In this document: one piece after another, positions 25,300-40,584 of the stretch | Layout of the letters: each line of letters opens with the position of its first letter | How positions within the stretch are numbered: position 1 is the first letter of the stretch | NCBI RefSeq assembly: GCF_009834535.1 | Contig: NC_045697.1 | Location: 49,602,001 to 49,666,000, forward strand | DNA from: Camelus ferus | Taxonomy: Eukaryota | Direction of reading: 5' to 3' | DNA length: 64,000 nt | Position numbers and translations under genes: made by a program | The notes under the pieces: model-generated | Databases searched by the model: none | Told to the model about the DNA's origin: nothing | The model's input: only the letters and a program-made list of their open reading frames with translations

Positions 25300-26190
25300 C
25301 TGCTCATTTGAAATTCCAGCATGGTATCTTTACTAATCTGTTCCCTTCATCTCCACCTCCTCAGTTTTATCTTCAATTAGTTGGTAATATTTAAGCACAC
25401 TCAGACTTGAACCATAAATTGTCACTAATGTAGGCATAACATCAGAAATTACTTTTTCTTTTGCCAGTAGTGCTGAACGCATTTTCACACTTTTGGTCTT
25501 TATTTCTAGAGCCGTATTTTCTAACCAGTGACATGTATCTATTAGTTGGTTATGAGAAACTAAATGAAAATTTAGAAATATGTTTTAAAATTACAAAGTT
25601 AATACGTAACTCTTTGTGATAGCCAGTATAGTAAGTAGCTTACCAGTGGCATTATGAGTTGGTATGTAGCTTTTTTCCCCTAGATCCATAACACTTACTG
25701 TCTTGTATATTTGTTTTTGTGTCGTGCCTTTTTTCCAAAGACGAGATTTACAGCGTTCTAGAATTTGGTTATTACTTAGCTTTTGTGGATAATATTTTTT
25801 GTCTATGTTTGTAACCTTACTGTTTTTCCCTGTTTTTAATGAATGCATAATCTTTGTGTTTTATAGCTGTGCCATAGTTTATTTAATAATTTCCTGCTTG
25901 ATGGATATTTAGACTTTGATTTTGTGTGTGTGTGTAAATGAACAACCTTGAATATATCTTTGGCAATTGTGCATGTATTTCTTTGTAATATATCTTAGAA
26001 GTGGGATTACTGGTTATGTGTGTTCATTTTTAATTAATTTGATTAAAACTGCAAAATGACATCTCTAAAAGGTTGTAACTATTCATAGATCTACCAGTAC
26101 TGTATGTGAAAGAGCTTGTTTTCCCCACATCTTTAAAAATACTGAATATTAACAGTCATTCTCAATTTTGTTAATCTAATAGGTGAATGA

Positions 26191-26331
26191 GGGGGAAGGG
26201 TATAGCTCAAGTGGTAGCGCTCATGCTCAGCACCCAGGAGGTCTGGGGTTCAATCCCTAGTACCTCCTCCAAGCGGAAATCATTGAAGAAACCTAATTAC
26301 CTCCCCCTCATTTAAAAAAAAAAAAGCCAAA
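26191..26331 (+). mobile_element. tRNA-Ala-derived SINE (Vic-1-like)
   Basis: TSD taat(a/t)ggtgaat(g/a)a at 26177-26190 / 26332-26345; poly(A) tail. Confidence 0.9.
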
Positions 26332-26372
26332 TAATTGGTGAATAAATCGCATATTTTGAACTGTTGCATATT

Positions 26373-26512
26373 TAAAATATTTGTTTGTTTGTTTGTGGTA
26401 GAGGGGGTAATTAGGTCTACTTACTTATTTTTTGGAGAAGGTACTGGGGATTGAACACAGGACCTCATGCATACTAAGCGTGCACTTTACTACTTGAACT
26501 ATACCCTCTCCC
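26373..26512 (-). mobile_element. tRNA-Ala-derived SINE (Vic-1-like)
   Basis: TSD ttgaactgttg..tatt at 26356-26372 / 26514-26530. Confidence 0.9.
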
Positions 26513-26604
26513 GTTGAACTGTTGAGTATTGTCAATTTCAAGTTACCTTACAAATGCTTGATATGTGGTAGATGGATGTAATGAAGCATAATTGTATTGC
26601 TGAA

Positions 26605-27720
26605 TTTTAAAAATTGAGGGATAATTTACAATTGATAAAAACCAGTGTTTTCATTTGTATGACTTTGGACAGACATATACAGTCATGAAACCATCACTAC
26701 AATCAAAATATATTTCTATTACCCCAGAAATGTGCTCATGTTCCTTTACAGTATTTCTCTTATGCTTCCAGCCCTATAGTTTTGTATTTTATAGACTGAC
26801 ATATCAATAGAATCATCTAGCATTAACTTTAGGTAATACTTCGGAAACTCATTCATGTTATTGCATGTATCAATAAGTGCTTTTTATTGCTGAGTAGTAT
26901 TTGAATATTTGGATTTACCACAGTTTGTTTATTCACCTGGCTAATAGTCATTTTGTTGTTTTCAGATTTTGAGAGTTTATTAATAAAGTGGAAACAACAT
27001 ACAGGTCTTTGGACATATATGCAGTTATTTCTTTTGGGTAAATATGTAGGTTTGGGATTGCTGGGTAATATGGGGCACATATGTTTAATTTTATGAGAAA
27101 CTTCCATATTGTTTTCCAAATGACTGTACCATTTTTTTGTTCCTACCAACTTTTCCCATCTTTGCAAGCACTTAGTATTTTCAGATTTTAATGTTGGCCA
27201 TTATTAAAGGTATAAGTGGTATGTCATCGTGGTTTTAATTTGCAGGTTTCTAATGATTAGTGATGTTGAACATCTTTTCATCTTTATTTGCCACCTGTGT
27301 ATCTTGGTGTAGGAGTATGTATTCAAATCTTTTGCCCATTTAAAAATTATATTTCTTGTTTTATTCTTAAGTTAGGAGAGGTCTATCTTCTGGATACAAG
27401 CCCTGTATTAAATATGTAGTATACAAATATTTTTGACTGGCTTGTCTTTTCATTTTCTTAATGATAACTTTAAATAAGCAGAAATTTTACATTTTACTAA
27501 GTCTAATTTGTCAGGTATTTTTAATTGTTCTTATTGTGCTTACCTAAAATCTTTACTTACCTAACTTTACAAAGGTTTTTTTCTTGTGTTTTTTTCTCAA
27601 AGCCTAGAGTTTGGTTTTATGTCTAGGCCTGTGGTCCTTTGTGTGTGTGTGTGTGGTCCATTTTAAGGTAATTTTTGTATATGGTGCAAAGTATGAGTGA
27701 AACTTCCTATTTTAAATAAG
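26605..27720 (-). mobile_element. Old L1M fragment (3' UTR into the 3' end of ORF2)
   Basis: L1 motifs; ORF 26853..27167 translates to a degenerate L1 ORF2 C-terminal-like peptide. Confidence 0.75.
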
Positions 27721-27754
27721 AACCTGTTAGCATTCCCCCATAGCAGCTTTTTTC

Positions 27755-28005
27755 CACCAAGTTTTAATGAGATATAATTGACATATAGCACGGTGTAAGT
27801 TTGTATACAGCATAATGATTTGATTTACATCATGAAATGTTATTATCACAGTTAAGTTTTTGAAAGTCCAGCATCTCATTCAGATACAAAATTAAAGAAA
27901 TAGAAAAAAATTTATTTGTGATGAGAGCTCTTAGGATTTACACAAGTCTTCATATATAACATACAGCCAGTGTTTATAATATTTATCATGTTGTGTAGTA
28001 CATCC
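27755..28005 (-). mobile_element. L1MA-type 3' end
   Basis: ttttaatgagatataattgacata...; candidate TSD cc(c/t)catag(c/t)agctttt near 27736 and 28004. Confidence 0.7.
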
Positions 28006-31003
28006 CTCATAGTAGCTTTTGTTATTCATTAACTATTGAAACATCTTTGTATTTTGGTAGGTTGCTTCTCTTAAGTGGTCTTCAGTATCACAGATTTGTT
28101 CAAGGTTTTTTAATCCTATTATGTGCAAAGTAATGGTAGATGATACAGAGAGTGTCTTGAGCATCTCCTGGAAGCATAACACTGCCAGGCTGTGCTCAGC
28201 ATTAATGTAAAGGAGTCTTTCAGATAGGAGAGGGATGTGCCTGTGCACATGCACATGTACTACTAGGACTAAGTGCATTAATAAAAGAGATAAAGAAGAT
28301 ATATGCAATACTAAGAGGAAGAAATGATTAATCCTGCCTGAGGGACCTAGCTAAAGAAAGCTAGGTAAAATTGGAATAAGTCTTTGTGTAGGTTTTTGGA
28401 AAGCGCATGGGGGAGCATTTGGTGGTGTTGAGAAAGACAGTCATCTCCTACAAATTCTTTTCCCTTTCAGCTCTGGCTTGGAATATTCACTTCTTCATTT
28501 TCTGCATGTCAGATTTCTGCTCCTGTTCCAGTTCAAGGCAGTACATTCTTTGTAGTAGGGCTATCTAGCATTTATCACATTAGATAATTGTGTTGAGGAA
28601 TTCTGTCTCCCACTGACTGAACTTTGATTTCTTTGGAGCAGCAGATCAAGTCTATCATGTTCACCATTGTCTTCCCTTGAATAGCTTCTGGCGCTTACAG
28701 GGTGGATATCCAACGAATGTTGAATGAATTTGTGTTGTCCCCCTATTTACCTAGTCTATTGAGTGAAGTAAGACAGCAGCCTAGAGAATGAAAATTGCAG
28801 GTTCAGGGAATGATAATGATGGTAAATGGTATAATATTCTTAAGAGCATAGAGTTTGTTTATAGAGAGGTGAGAAGTACAGTGGAAGATAAATTTGAAAT
28901 GTTGGTTAGGGTCTTGTATGTGAGACAGGATTTCTATGGAAGGCTTTAAACTTCAGACTGAAAGCAGGTGTTTGGATTTGACTGTATACAGTGTATATAG
29001 CTACACATGTTGCAGAAGTTTGGAAGACTTGAGGAAGAACTGAAAGGGTCTGAATTCAGTTGGAACAGAAGGGCTGGGACAAATTCCAAGAGATTTTTGT
29101 CCAGATTTCACAGTTTGTAGCTTAAAGAGGGAAAGTCACTTAGGACTGAGCTTTCAAGTAAAGAAGTTAGTAGGTAGCACCATGTAAAGAAAGAAGGAAA
29201 CTGCTGTTTCTGTATGGGAGAGGGTACATATATTGGGTTACCTACGAGGTCATGTATGGGTATTCAGCAAGTGGTTAAAAGTGTAAAATTTGAGTTTATG
29301 GCAGAGACTACATATAAATTTAGGTAGGTAGGAGAGCTAAAGCCATTTGACTGTCTGAATTGCCATGTTAGAAGACAACCTCGAGGACTTCTGCATTTTG
29401 ATGAAAAGGAAAGTTGCCTCATGGTAGAAATCTAGAAGCATTAAGAGTAAGGTGATCAACAGTAGTAATGCAGACAGGTAGAAGACTGAGGTCACTGGAT
29501 TTTTGAGAAGAATTGTGAGTTTCCAGAGAATGATATCCAAGGGAGAGCTCAGATAATAGTGTTTGAAAAGGGAGTAGAGAATGGAAAGGACAGAGACAGA
29601 TGCACAATTAGTAATTTAGGTCAGAATATGATTGATAAAGTGCCATGATAAAGGTCCAAATTACTTTGAGAATTCAAGAAGGCGGCAGTTCTACTCAGGA
29701 ATCAGGAAAGATTTTCAGGGCAACAGTATTTTAGCTGGGCCCAAATAAATGCATGGGGTTTCAGTCATAGATAGGAAGGGATGAAATGAGTACTGAGTAG
29801 GAGTCAAAGATTCTGGTTCTTGTTAATAGACTTCTAGAATCCCAGCATTGGAGTAACTTAATCTAACTTCATTGATCATACGATTATTTTACTACATTTC
29901 AGCTAAATTATTCAGTCTCTGGAGTAAATACCTGCAGTGAGTGGCAGGTATCATGAAGTAGCTCTACTCTGGTTCTTCTTACAGCATATTGAAACGATAT
30001 ACCTTCCTGTAATTTCCATTCACTGTTCAACCAGCATTTAACTCTTGCCAATTAGCACAGAACTGTCCCCTCATTTTAGACATTACATCCATATTAATGT
30101 AGCCTGAGATTATTTGCTTTGGAGGCAACACCATTATACTAGTGATTGATTCACTGAACTTTTAACTAAAAAGCAAACAAACAAAAAACCTTAGGTACTT
30201 AACTAAAAGCTGAAGTTTTAGTCAAGGAGGGAAAAGAGGGCGATATACTTTGATAACAGTTTTTAAAAAAATATTTCAAAATTGAGGAAATTTGAGCATG
30301 GTATAGGATATGAAATCCACTGTAACTTTCTTTTCTACCTTATTTGTGTGTATGGTGTTACTTTCTTCCTCTCCTCCACTCTTCTCTAAATGGATATTAA
30401 GAAATTAAGAAAAGATGGTGACAAGTGATAATAGAGCGACTGCCCATGAGAACTGGAATAGATATGCTTCAGAAATGAGTCTGGGCAAGTGGAAACATTT
30501 TAAGATACAGAAATGAGTAAAAGTTAATGAAGATACACAGGGATTGTGGGCAGAGTTAGTGAATGTAGTAGTTAGGACTCTAAACAGGGAAGCCAGATAT
30601 GATCATGTTGGTGTCTGGATGAATAAATAGGATTGATATTTTTAAATTACAGGTAAAGAATACATTTTACATCTTGGTATGATAGCAGTCTCCATATATT
30701 CAAGTGTTTTGAGGAAAAGTGGGGTTTAATCTTGGGATTTCACTTTCTCTGAAAAGGTGTTAGATGATAATTGCTTTTTGAAGGAGCTAGAGGTTAACAG
30801 CCTTCTGTAGATTATTTTTGTATTTAAGTATCCTTTAATCTTGGCTATCTTTGTTGAACTGTGTAGTCTTGGAGGCTTGACCAGAGATCACTTCGCAATT
30901 TATAAATTAAGTCAGGACCCAAAAAGGTCATGATTTTTTCATGGCCTTAGGTAGTTAAAACCTTTGTCTCACTTCTATGTTCAGAGGTTTGTTTTGTTTT
31001 GAT

Positions 31004-31077
31004 ATGTATGTATGTATGTATGTATGTGTGTATGTGTTTGTGTATGTGTTTGTGTGTGTGTGTGTGTGTGTGTTTGT
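31004..31077. repeat. (TG)n/(TATG)n compound microsatellite
   Basis: Seen directly. Confidence 0.9.
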
Positions 31078-32506
31078 ATTATTTTTTTAAGAAATAGAAG
31101 GACCCAAATCCCAGAAATTGCTTACCTACGACTTGGGTTCTTTGCTGTAAATAAATTTCCCTGCTCCAGGGGAGAAAAGGGGAAGATGGCAGTTGTTTGG
31201 GCAGAACATACAAATTAACCTCTCATTAAAAAGTAGGTAAGTCAGTGAGGTTGCTTTTTAAAAAATTTTCCCCCTCTGTACCTTTACTTTCTGGTTGCTA
31301 TGGTTGGTTTCCATCAATCAATTATACTTTAGCCCTCTAAATTGAGTCACTTTATAAATCATTTACGTTAAACAAGTAACTGGTCTGTAAGTTATATTTA
31401 AGTCAGTATAATTAATTGAAACACCATCCTTTGAGTAACATCTTTATTTCATTTTATCATTCCCTGTGGGAGCCTCCGTGGAACTTTAAAAAAGTGACTG
31501 TGTGTAGCATCTTAGGCTGTTTGTTTAGGCTTTTACCAGGTTAGCATTGCCTTAACTCATTGACTATTTGAAGTTCACTTTTTTAAGTTACCTCTTTTGA
31601 ATAAATAACAATTTATTGAATAATAATCAGGTAAAAATTACCTCTACTGCCTATTGCCCTGTCTCTCTGATCTAAATTGATAATATGGCCATAATACTTT
31701 AGTGACTGTATAGGTGGTAGACAATGTGAAGCATCCCTTGAACTTCATTACAGTAACTCTAGTGTATTTTGACCTTTCTTTGATGTTGATGTGTGTAATT
31801 GGTACCTTTTTTTTTTTTTTTTACTTCGGTTATATGTAAGTGACAAAAATGGTCTGTGAGTATGTACTTTATAAATGTGATGGGAGATTGGGGTAAATGA
31901 CAGTCTCACTATAGAAAATCTGGAAGTAGGAAGAATAAAGAAGAAAAAATGAGAATCCCCAAACCCAGAAACAATCTCTAATAGTATTTCTGTCATTTGA
32001 CAAAACTATTTTGTACATAATTATTTTATTCAGAGGGTAAGTTAGTATCTTCCAACATCTTAACATCAGGTGTTACACAGTATTACTGTGTAATTTCCAC
32101 TTTTTTTACTTTATAAAATTTACTAGATGAGTCTACTGCTCTTCAACCTTCTTCATCATTCAGAATTAAAACACTATGTTTGGTGGCTTTGTTACTTTAA
32201 ATGTAGCAAATGAGAGTCCTTTTATGTATTAGGATTTATTAATCCCTACTTTTGGAAGTTTTTGGGTTTTGGGGGGAACTAATGGCATTTGGAATGACAG
32301 TATCTGATTCTGTTTTGTGAATTAATTTTTTTTTTTTTTTAATGAGCTGGTTTAATTGTAGGTGGTACTGAATTCAAGGTAGAACAAAGACTGAAGAGCA
32401 GGCTGGTAGGATTCTGGGCTGGGTTTACTCCAATCTCACAGCTAAGGTAGAAGTGAGTGAGAACTGGCTAAGTGAGAACTGAAGAGATGAGCCACCATAT
32501 GAAAAA

Positions 32507-32850
<344 letters not shown>

Positions 32851-34112
32851 TCAGTTAACTATTTTGAAAGTGAGTGAGGCATTATATAAAAATTTAAACA
32901 GATTTTAAAAAAAGACTGAGAATTTCAGGACAGTCACAAAAGGAGAAACAAGGAACCTAGTAGAGTATTATGTAAAAGTTGAATTGGAGTCACTAAAATG
33001 TACAGTCTTAGCTATAGGCTCCATTATGGCTGGTGTCTGATTTTTTAATTAAAAACAACATCACCTTTGTAATGATTATGGTGGGCTATCTTTGGCTGTG
33101 AAACTTTTTGTTTAAAGGAAACCTGTGTTCAAATTTATTTGTTAATGGGAATTTAAATTACATCCCGATTTGCCCAATAGATACACACACACGTATGTAT
33201 AAACATGTAACATTCAAAGTTTCTCCAATTCCTGCCTTTTTCTCCAATTCCTAATGTTTTAATTTTTACTGTTTTGGGGGGCCTATAAACACATAAATCA
33301 TTTACTTTAAATAATGAAAGGCTGTGTTTCTATTTTTATTTTGTACTTGTTTTTCTTGACCTTACCTTTGAGATTTCAGCTTAGAGGTACTTTATTATAG
33401 CACCTAACCCATTCTGTTCCCTGTTTGCTTTTTTATATTCCATGACAGAGTATAAACTCCTGAGGGCTAGAGTCTTACCTTGTTCACTGAGATATCCTAT
33501 TTACTATAAACAGTGCCTGACAAGTAGTTAGACAAATAATTGAAAGAAAGGTTGGAAAGACATACACCAAATGTAAAGAACCATTATCTGGAGTATTGAG
33601 GCTATTGCTGGTTTTTAATGGTAATCATTATCATTTCGGAAACAGTGAAATGAATGCCTAGGAGAGAATACAAAGAAGACAAAAGTCAGTACTGTCCATG
33701 ATGGACGTAATCTCAAAGTCCTGACTTATGTATGCCCTCTCTAGTTTTCATGAAATAAACCATTGGAATCCAAGAACGTAGTAGTTAATGGTCCCCCAAG
33801 GAAAAAGATACTGTGAGTGAAAAGATTTTTACATAGTTTGATGCGGTTCTGGACTCCCTTGGGAATGAGAAAGAGAACTCTGCTACTTCCCCCTGTATTG
33901 AGGGTTAGGGGGATTAAGAAATAGAGACACAGGGGAGATGGCGAATGTTGGAGATTACAGAGGTTGTTGGGAATTTATTATTTTGCCGTTGTAATTACTT
34001 TTTGATAAATGGTATTTTCTTTATTTTCATTTGAATGGCTATGAAAATTTACTTCATGGAATTTAATAAAGATGACTTTTAATAGTTATCATTCTTGTGT
34101 TTGCTCCCTTAG

Positions 34113-34232
<120 letters not shown>

Positions 34233-35282
34233 TAAATTTTAATTGGATTATTTAGTATTTTTATTTAGTTTTATTTTCTTGAATATGACTACGTATATTT
34301 TGTCTTTGCTGTTTCTTCATGTCCTGACAGTGTCTTTGCAAACCACATCCAATATTTTAGCAATCTGGGTTAAAAACAGACTCTGGAGCCAGTCTAGGTT
34401 CATGTATTAGCTGCCCCATTTAATAGGTATGTAACCTTTGGGGAGTTAATTTAACCACTTCTGAACTTCAGTTTGCTCTTTCAGGTAATACCATTTACTC
34501 CTGAGGTCGTTGGGGGCAGTTAAATGAATCAATATATGCAATTCACTGAGAACATTGCTTGGCATAGAGGAAGTCATATGTTTTATTACAATAAGATCTG
34601 GGTTCTCTTTATGAAAAACTTAACTTTCATAACCTTAATTTAGGAATATATTAATTCTAATTGCTTTAGGTAATACCAGAGAAACACTAATTTATCATGT
34701 ACTTAAGAGCAGTATAAAAATATTAATGAGAAATTAGATGCTGAAATACTATTGATGTTTTTTACTTGATCTCTGAATTATTTTAATTAATTTAAATGTA
34801 AACTTTTAATCTAAGACTTTGGAATTAGTGATCATTTGGAACTCTTGAGTAGAATGTTGCACAGTATCTGATACCCAAACAAACCTAGATAACTTGAGTT
34901 TTTGTATCTAAAAGGAAATAGGTCAATTACTACAGCATCAGTAATTAGAATCTATTTTGAATTATCTCATTATTCCACTTAACAAAATACAGATGTGGTA
35001 AGAATTAGATGAGACTAGCTAACGATTGTATATTTAGTGTGCCAGACACACTAAGACTTCCGTGTCATTACACACTTAATCCTCACAACAACCCTATGGA
35101 GAAGTTGCTGTTGTTCTGCTTTATAACCAAAGAAACTGAACTTAAAGACCGTAAGTCTCAAGATTACACAAGTAATGAGTGACCGAGCCAGACCTGGGAA
35201 CTAGGTCTGTTTGACACCAGAACTCTATTGCCTCAGACTTCTCTTCACAACTGAATGTTAATCATTATCAATGGATTTACAG

Positions 35283-35364
35283 GTTTTATGGCAGGAATTC
35301 TTCCTATGTTCATGGTGGAGTAGATGCTAGTGGAAAACCCCAGGAGGCTGTTTATGGCCAAAAT
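35283..35364 (+). CDS. G3BP2: G3BP2 coding exon 2 ([27 protein letters not shown])
   Basis: tacag| ... |gtgagt; 82 nt; frame continues from the previous exon. Confidence 0.97.
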
Positions 35365-36127
35365 GTGAGTATCAATTTCATATACATTTTAGATTATTTT
35401 TATTTTATTAAGTTAAGATAAGTGGTTTGGGAAAGAGCCTTCTTGTGCCCGTGGATTTCTTCTTGAATGTGATCAATTAACTGTACTAGAATTTATGTTG
35501 CAGTTGTTGAATGTGCTTTGAGTTCTTACAAACATCCATTTTTTATAAAACAGTATTACATTGGGGTGATACAAAGGAGAAGATGGGACATTTTTATATT
35601 CTTGGTGTATTTTGTACATGAAATAGTTGACAGTGTATTAAGTTTACACAAATGTAGGCTAAACGTTGTGTTACAGGAATGCATAGAAGCGTATCTTCTT
35701 TACGACTTTGTAGAGGATGTGGGACTTATACAGGCTTTGGCCTTAACCAAATAAGAGGAAATTGAAAGTAGAAGAAATGGCCTCAGCAGACACACAGTAA
35801 AGTGAAATTAGGTGTGACTTCAAGGAGTAGTCAACACAGCTTATGTGAATGACTAAATACTTAATACAGAACAGTGGCAGAAAGCTGTATAATAGGAGAC
35901 AGCCATCATGATTTCTTATAAAGAGAGGTGACATGTTGAAACTAGTGGTTTTAGGAACATTGGTCAGGCAGTAATGCACAACATGGTAGAATGGGTTCAG
36001 ATGAGGCAGAGATATTAAGTAGGTAGTATTCTAATATTGTGAGGAAATCAGTGAAAGTCTGTAGTGTTGTACAGGTAATGCATGTAACAAATTTGTATTT
36101 CCTCCCCACATTCTTTTCCTAATAAAG

Positions 36128-36301
36128 GATATACACCACAAAGTATTGTCTCTGAACTTCAGTGAATGTCATACTAAAATTCGTCATGTGGATGCTCATG
36201 CAACCTTGAGTGATGGAGTAGTTGTCCAGGTCATGGGTTTGCTATCCAACAGTGGACAGCCAGAGAGGAAGTTTATGCAAACATTTGTTCTGGCTCCTGA
36301 A
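36128..36301 (+). CDS. G3BP2: G3BP2 coding exon 3 ([58 protein letters not shown])
   Basis: taaag| ... |gtaagt; 174 nt; core of the NTF2-like domain. Confidence 0.97.
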
Positions 36302-36790
36302 GTAAGTTTTCATTTCAGTTAATTTTCATTTATGTGATTTTATTTTGCTGCTGCTAATTGCTTCAAGTGTCCGAAGAGTTTCTTTTTACAGGTATAAATA
36401 TGCATGTAGCCATTTTTGAGAAATCTATTTTGGATCTGTTGATTAAGTGAGATCCTGATACAAATGTGTAAATAGATGATTAAGATTACAGAAACAATAT
36501 AAAAAGCATATATTTGATAAATAACATACTAAACAATGGAAAAATTCCATTTGTTAGTTGATCCTAGTTCTCTTCTGTTGAGTAACCATTTCTTGAGTTT
36601 TGATAGTCTTTGAATGATCTTCTGTAGTTTATATTATCATATAGCATGGTCAAATTTTGTAAGTTATGTTGAGTCTACATTATTTTTGTACTATTAAAAT
36701 AGAAATTGTGTGTGCCATATAATTTGTTCTTTTAATGTAATGCTACATTTATTGATATTTATGGAATATTTGGATGTTGTTTTCCTATAG

Positions 36791-36940
<150 letters not shown>

Positions 36941-37560
36941 TGAAAGTTGCAGAAATTTGCCTCTATTGTAACTGAATCAAACCTCCTTTCCCCCTTTTTG
37001 TTCCTGTTTTTTGTTATAAAAGAAATAGATATTCATTAGATGAAATTATAAAAATTAGACAAAGAAAGTAAAAAAATTTCCCTCATCCTCTAACCAAGAG
37101 TTGGCTTATTACAGAATTTTGTTATAGCTTATACTGACCAGTACTTTTCTAAAAGTGGAAGTATGCTGGCTCAGAGCTTGCTTTTTCTCACTTAATATAT
37201 CTTTGTTGGCTATTGACTTTTTTTTTCAGCTATACCATAATTATTTAATTGATTTTTCCATTGATATACATCAATTTATTTCCTTTTCTTTATCATTATT
37301 GTTCCATTGAATAGACGTGACAAAGGAAATTGAGTTATGACTTTAATATCATTCATTTCCTATCCTTTTCTTACTAATGGACCTTTTTTAAAAATAGAGT
37401 AATTCCAAACTTCATCTTTCTTGCTTTCCAGCTTTTTAAAAAAACAAAGAATGTTACAATTAAAAGCCTTTGTAAGAAATAAGTCAATTTTTTTTTACTA
37501 TAATATCACTTCCTTAAACATTAAAAATACATGTATCAAATTGTGTATTAAGCCTCTTAA

Positions 37561-37692
<132 letters not shown>

Positions 37693-38189
37693 TAAGAATA
37701 CTGATAGCAAGGCCAAATTTGGTTTCAACTATAATGCAGTAGCAAGGTGGTTTTTATTTCTAGAATTACTGTTGGAAGTAAATTTTTGATAAAGCTACCA
37801 AGCCAGCATTTGAGTATTCACTGTATATATGCAAGAAATTTGGGAAGCATTGTATTTAATCCAAAAACTGAACATGGTTTGGCCCCAAACTGATCACATA
37901 CTGATGCAGCACAATGCTTGAAACAACACAGAGTGAGCATTTTATTTTTTAAATAATGAGGTTTGTTTATAGGTAGTGCTAAAGTAAACATTTTGAGTAA
38001 TCAAGTTTTTAAATGGTTAAAGAAATGCTGCTTGAGTATTATTCCTTTCTGCCTTCTAGTTCTTAATGGACTTTTGCTTCAGAGCATTATTACTAGCATG
38101 CCCTTTAGATTAGAGAAATGCTGAGTTTTCTTTTATTCAAACTGATTATTTCACTCATACTGAAAAGTGAATAAAATATTTTATTGTAG

Positions 38190-38370
38190 TAATGGTATAG
38201 AGGAGCCTTTGGAAGAATCCTCTCATGAACCTGAACCTGAGCCAGAATCTGAAACAAAGACTGAAGAGCTGAAACCGCAAGTGGAGGAGAAGAACTTAGA
38301 AGAATTAGAGGAGAAGTCTACATCTCCTCCTCCTGCTGAACCTGTTTCTCTGCCACAGGAGCCACCAAAG
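38190..38370 (+). CDS. G3BP2: G3BP2 coding exon 6 ([23 protein letters not shown]...PQEPPK)
   Basis: ttgtag| ... AAG|gttaga; 181 nt; lies within ORF 38167..38430. Confidence 0.96.
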
Positions 38371-39291
38371 GTTAGATCAAAGGAGCTTTTTAGACCTATA
38401 ACATCACACTTTCATATATGGTGCCATTAATGAAGCATGACCTTTGTTCTGTTACAATACATTGTTTAACATAGTAAAGTATGCTTTTTTAAAAAAAAAG
38501 TATATGAAAGAAGCTATGGGTTTTTTTTTTTTTTTAATAATCCTGAGGAAATTTCATTGTATTTTTACCCCCTAAAAAGTACCCCTGACTGAAATTTGTA
38601 TGCAGTGTTAGTATCTTACATGAAATCATTTGGGTCCATGTATAAAGCTGAGCTCCTCTTCCACTCTGTACTGAGTCCTCTAGCATGGATGCAACAGGAA
38701 TCATGCAATTTCCCAAATTAAAACAAGTTGGCCTATTATTAAAAGAAGAGATACATGTTTTTTCTGGTTTAAATGTGAACAATTTCCTTTCTACACTAAT
38801 GAAACTAGTGACACCCATAGTGTATCATTTAAACCTATCTAAAACATCTTTTATCTTTCTGTAAAGTAGAAGGTTAAAGTATATTTGGGTAGTGAGAGGA
38901 GATTCCTTGTTCAATTTGTGAATGTCTGTTAAAGTTTCCAGCTAGTGTTCTCTTCTCTTCTGTCCTTCCCCTCTCCCCTTAACACCATCTCAGCACCCTG
39001 TCTTCCCCCAAAAGGGAAAAGAAATTGGTTCTGTTAGGTTCTTACTTTTTCTACCATGTGTAGTTGTTAGTGGTTTTGTTTGCCACTTGCTCATCTACTT
39101 AGAGCATATAGGAACTTGCTTGTGGATTTTAGTTGTTCAGACAAAAGAGTCAAATAATCTTGCATAATGAGATTTTGAAAGCTGGCACATAGACTGGCAT
39201 GTGTGTGTGTGCCTTTCTTTCAGGAGTCCTCCATAATAGAGCAATAGTTTAGAAATGAAAAGAAAATATTTATTTGGAAGTTGCCCTATAG

Positions 39292-39456
<165 letters not shown>

Positions 39457-40584
39457 TGAACACATTGGATTGTATCCTTGTTACATTGCCAATTGCTTAT
39501 CTTTTTTATACTTTTAAAGTGAGTCAATCAGAAATTATGGATTAAATATACAAAAAATGTATTAAATGTCAGTGCACCCACTTTAAATGCCAAATCTCCA
39601 TTCATCATCTACATAGGTGGTATTTGGGGTTTGGGTATGTGAAATACAGATTAAGTTGGTTTTACTAATATCTATTGGCATTTAAAAGGCTTCTTAAAAT
39701 AACCAAAAAAAGTTCCTTTTTCAAAGTTTAAAATTTTATTTAGCAAAAATATTTTAGGGAAGAAATTTGGAAAGGCACAAAATAGTATGGCATTATAAAG
39801 AATCGCTGTTTTTTAGAAACAGAGAACTTTAAAAAATACACTGCCTAAGCTCTCAGTCTGTAAGTGGTTCATACCATTTAATTGAAGCCTGTACCAACTT
39901 ATGACTGTAGTGTTCACCTTAACTGATCATTCCAGTATTCTGCTTTTTGTCTGTTTGTCATCCTACCCATTTCAGAGCTTTTAAAAAATTGAAAATAAGA
40001 TAACGGGCTACCTAATATGTTTATTAGGTAAAATTTAGAGTTAACTAAATTCTAAGGTTGATAGGCACAGTTGAAGGGTGTCCATTTCTTTTCCCTACAC
40101 TTTGAGTCAAACTTCATTCCACCAGAAAATTTACATTTAAAATGATAAGTGCACATAAAATTGTGTCTGTACACCTCTCTATATGCTCTTAAACAGTGAA
40201 ACTTTGAGATTTCAGAAGTAGCTGGTAACTATTAGTGTTTCTAGTATTTGTACACATAATTAGCTTGTACATAATAGAATACACAGCCTCATGATAAGTT
40301 TTTTTCAGCCAAATATTCAGGAACTATTGAGTAATCATCTCAGATCACAAACCAGAATTCTATCTTAATGAATAAAATTAATTTGCGAAGTACTGATTAT
40401 GCTTTTCAATGCATCTGAAGACCCAATAAGTGACTTCCAGATTTTCTTTTGAAATGCTATAATTCTTACCAGATTTGCATTTGGAGTCCTTTGAATTGTT
40501 ACTTGATCTCAGAGAGTTGTTTAAATTTATTTTAAACTTACTGCTAGTTAAAAGTTAGGGTAGCTAATGGCTTATTTTGCCTTT

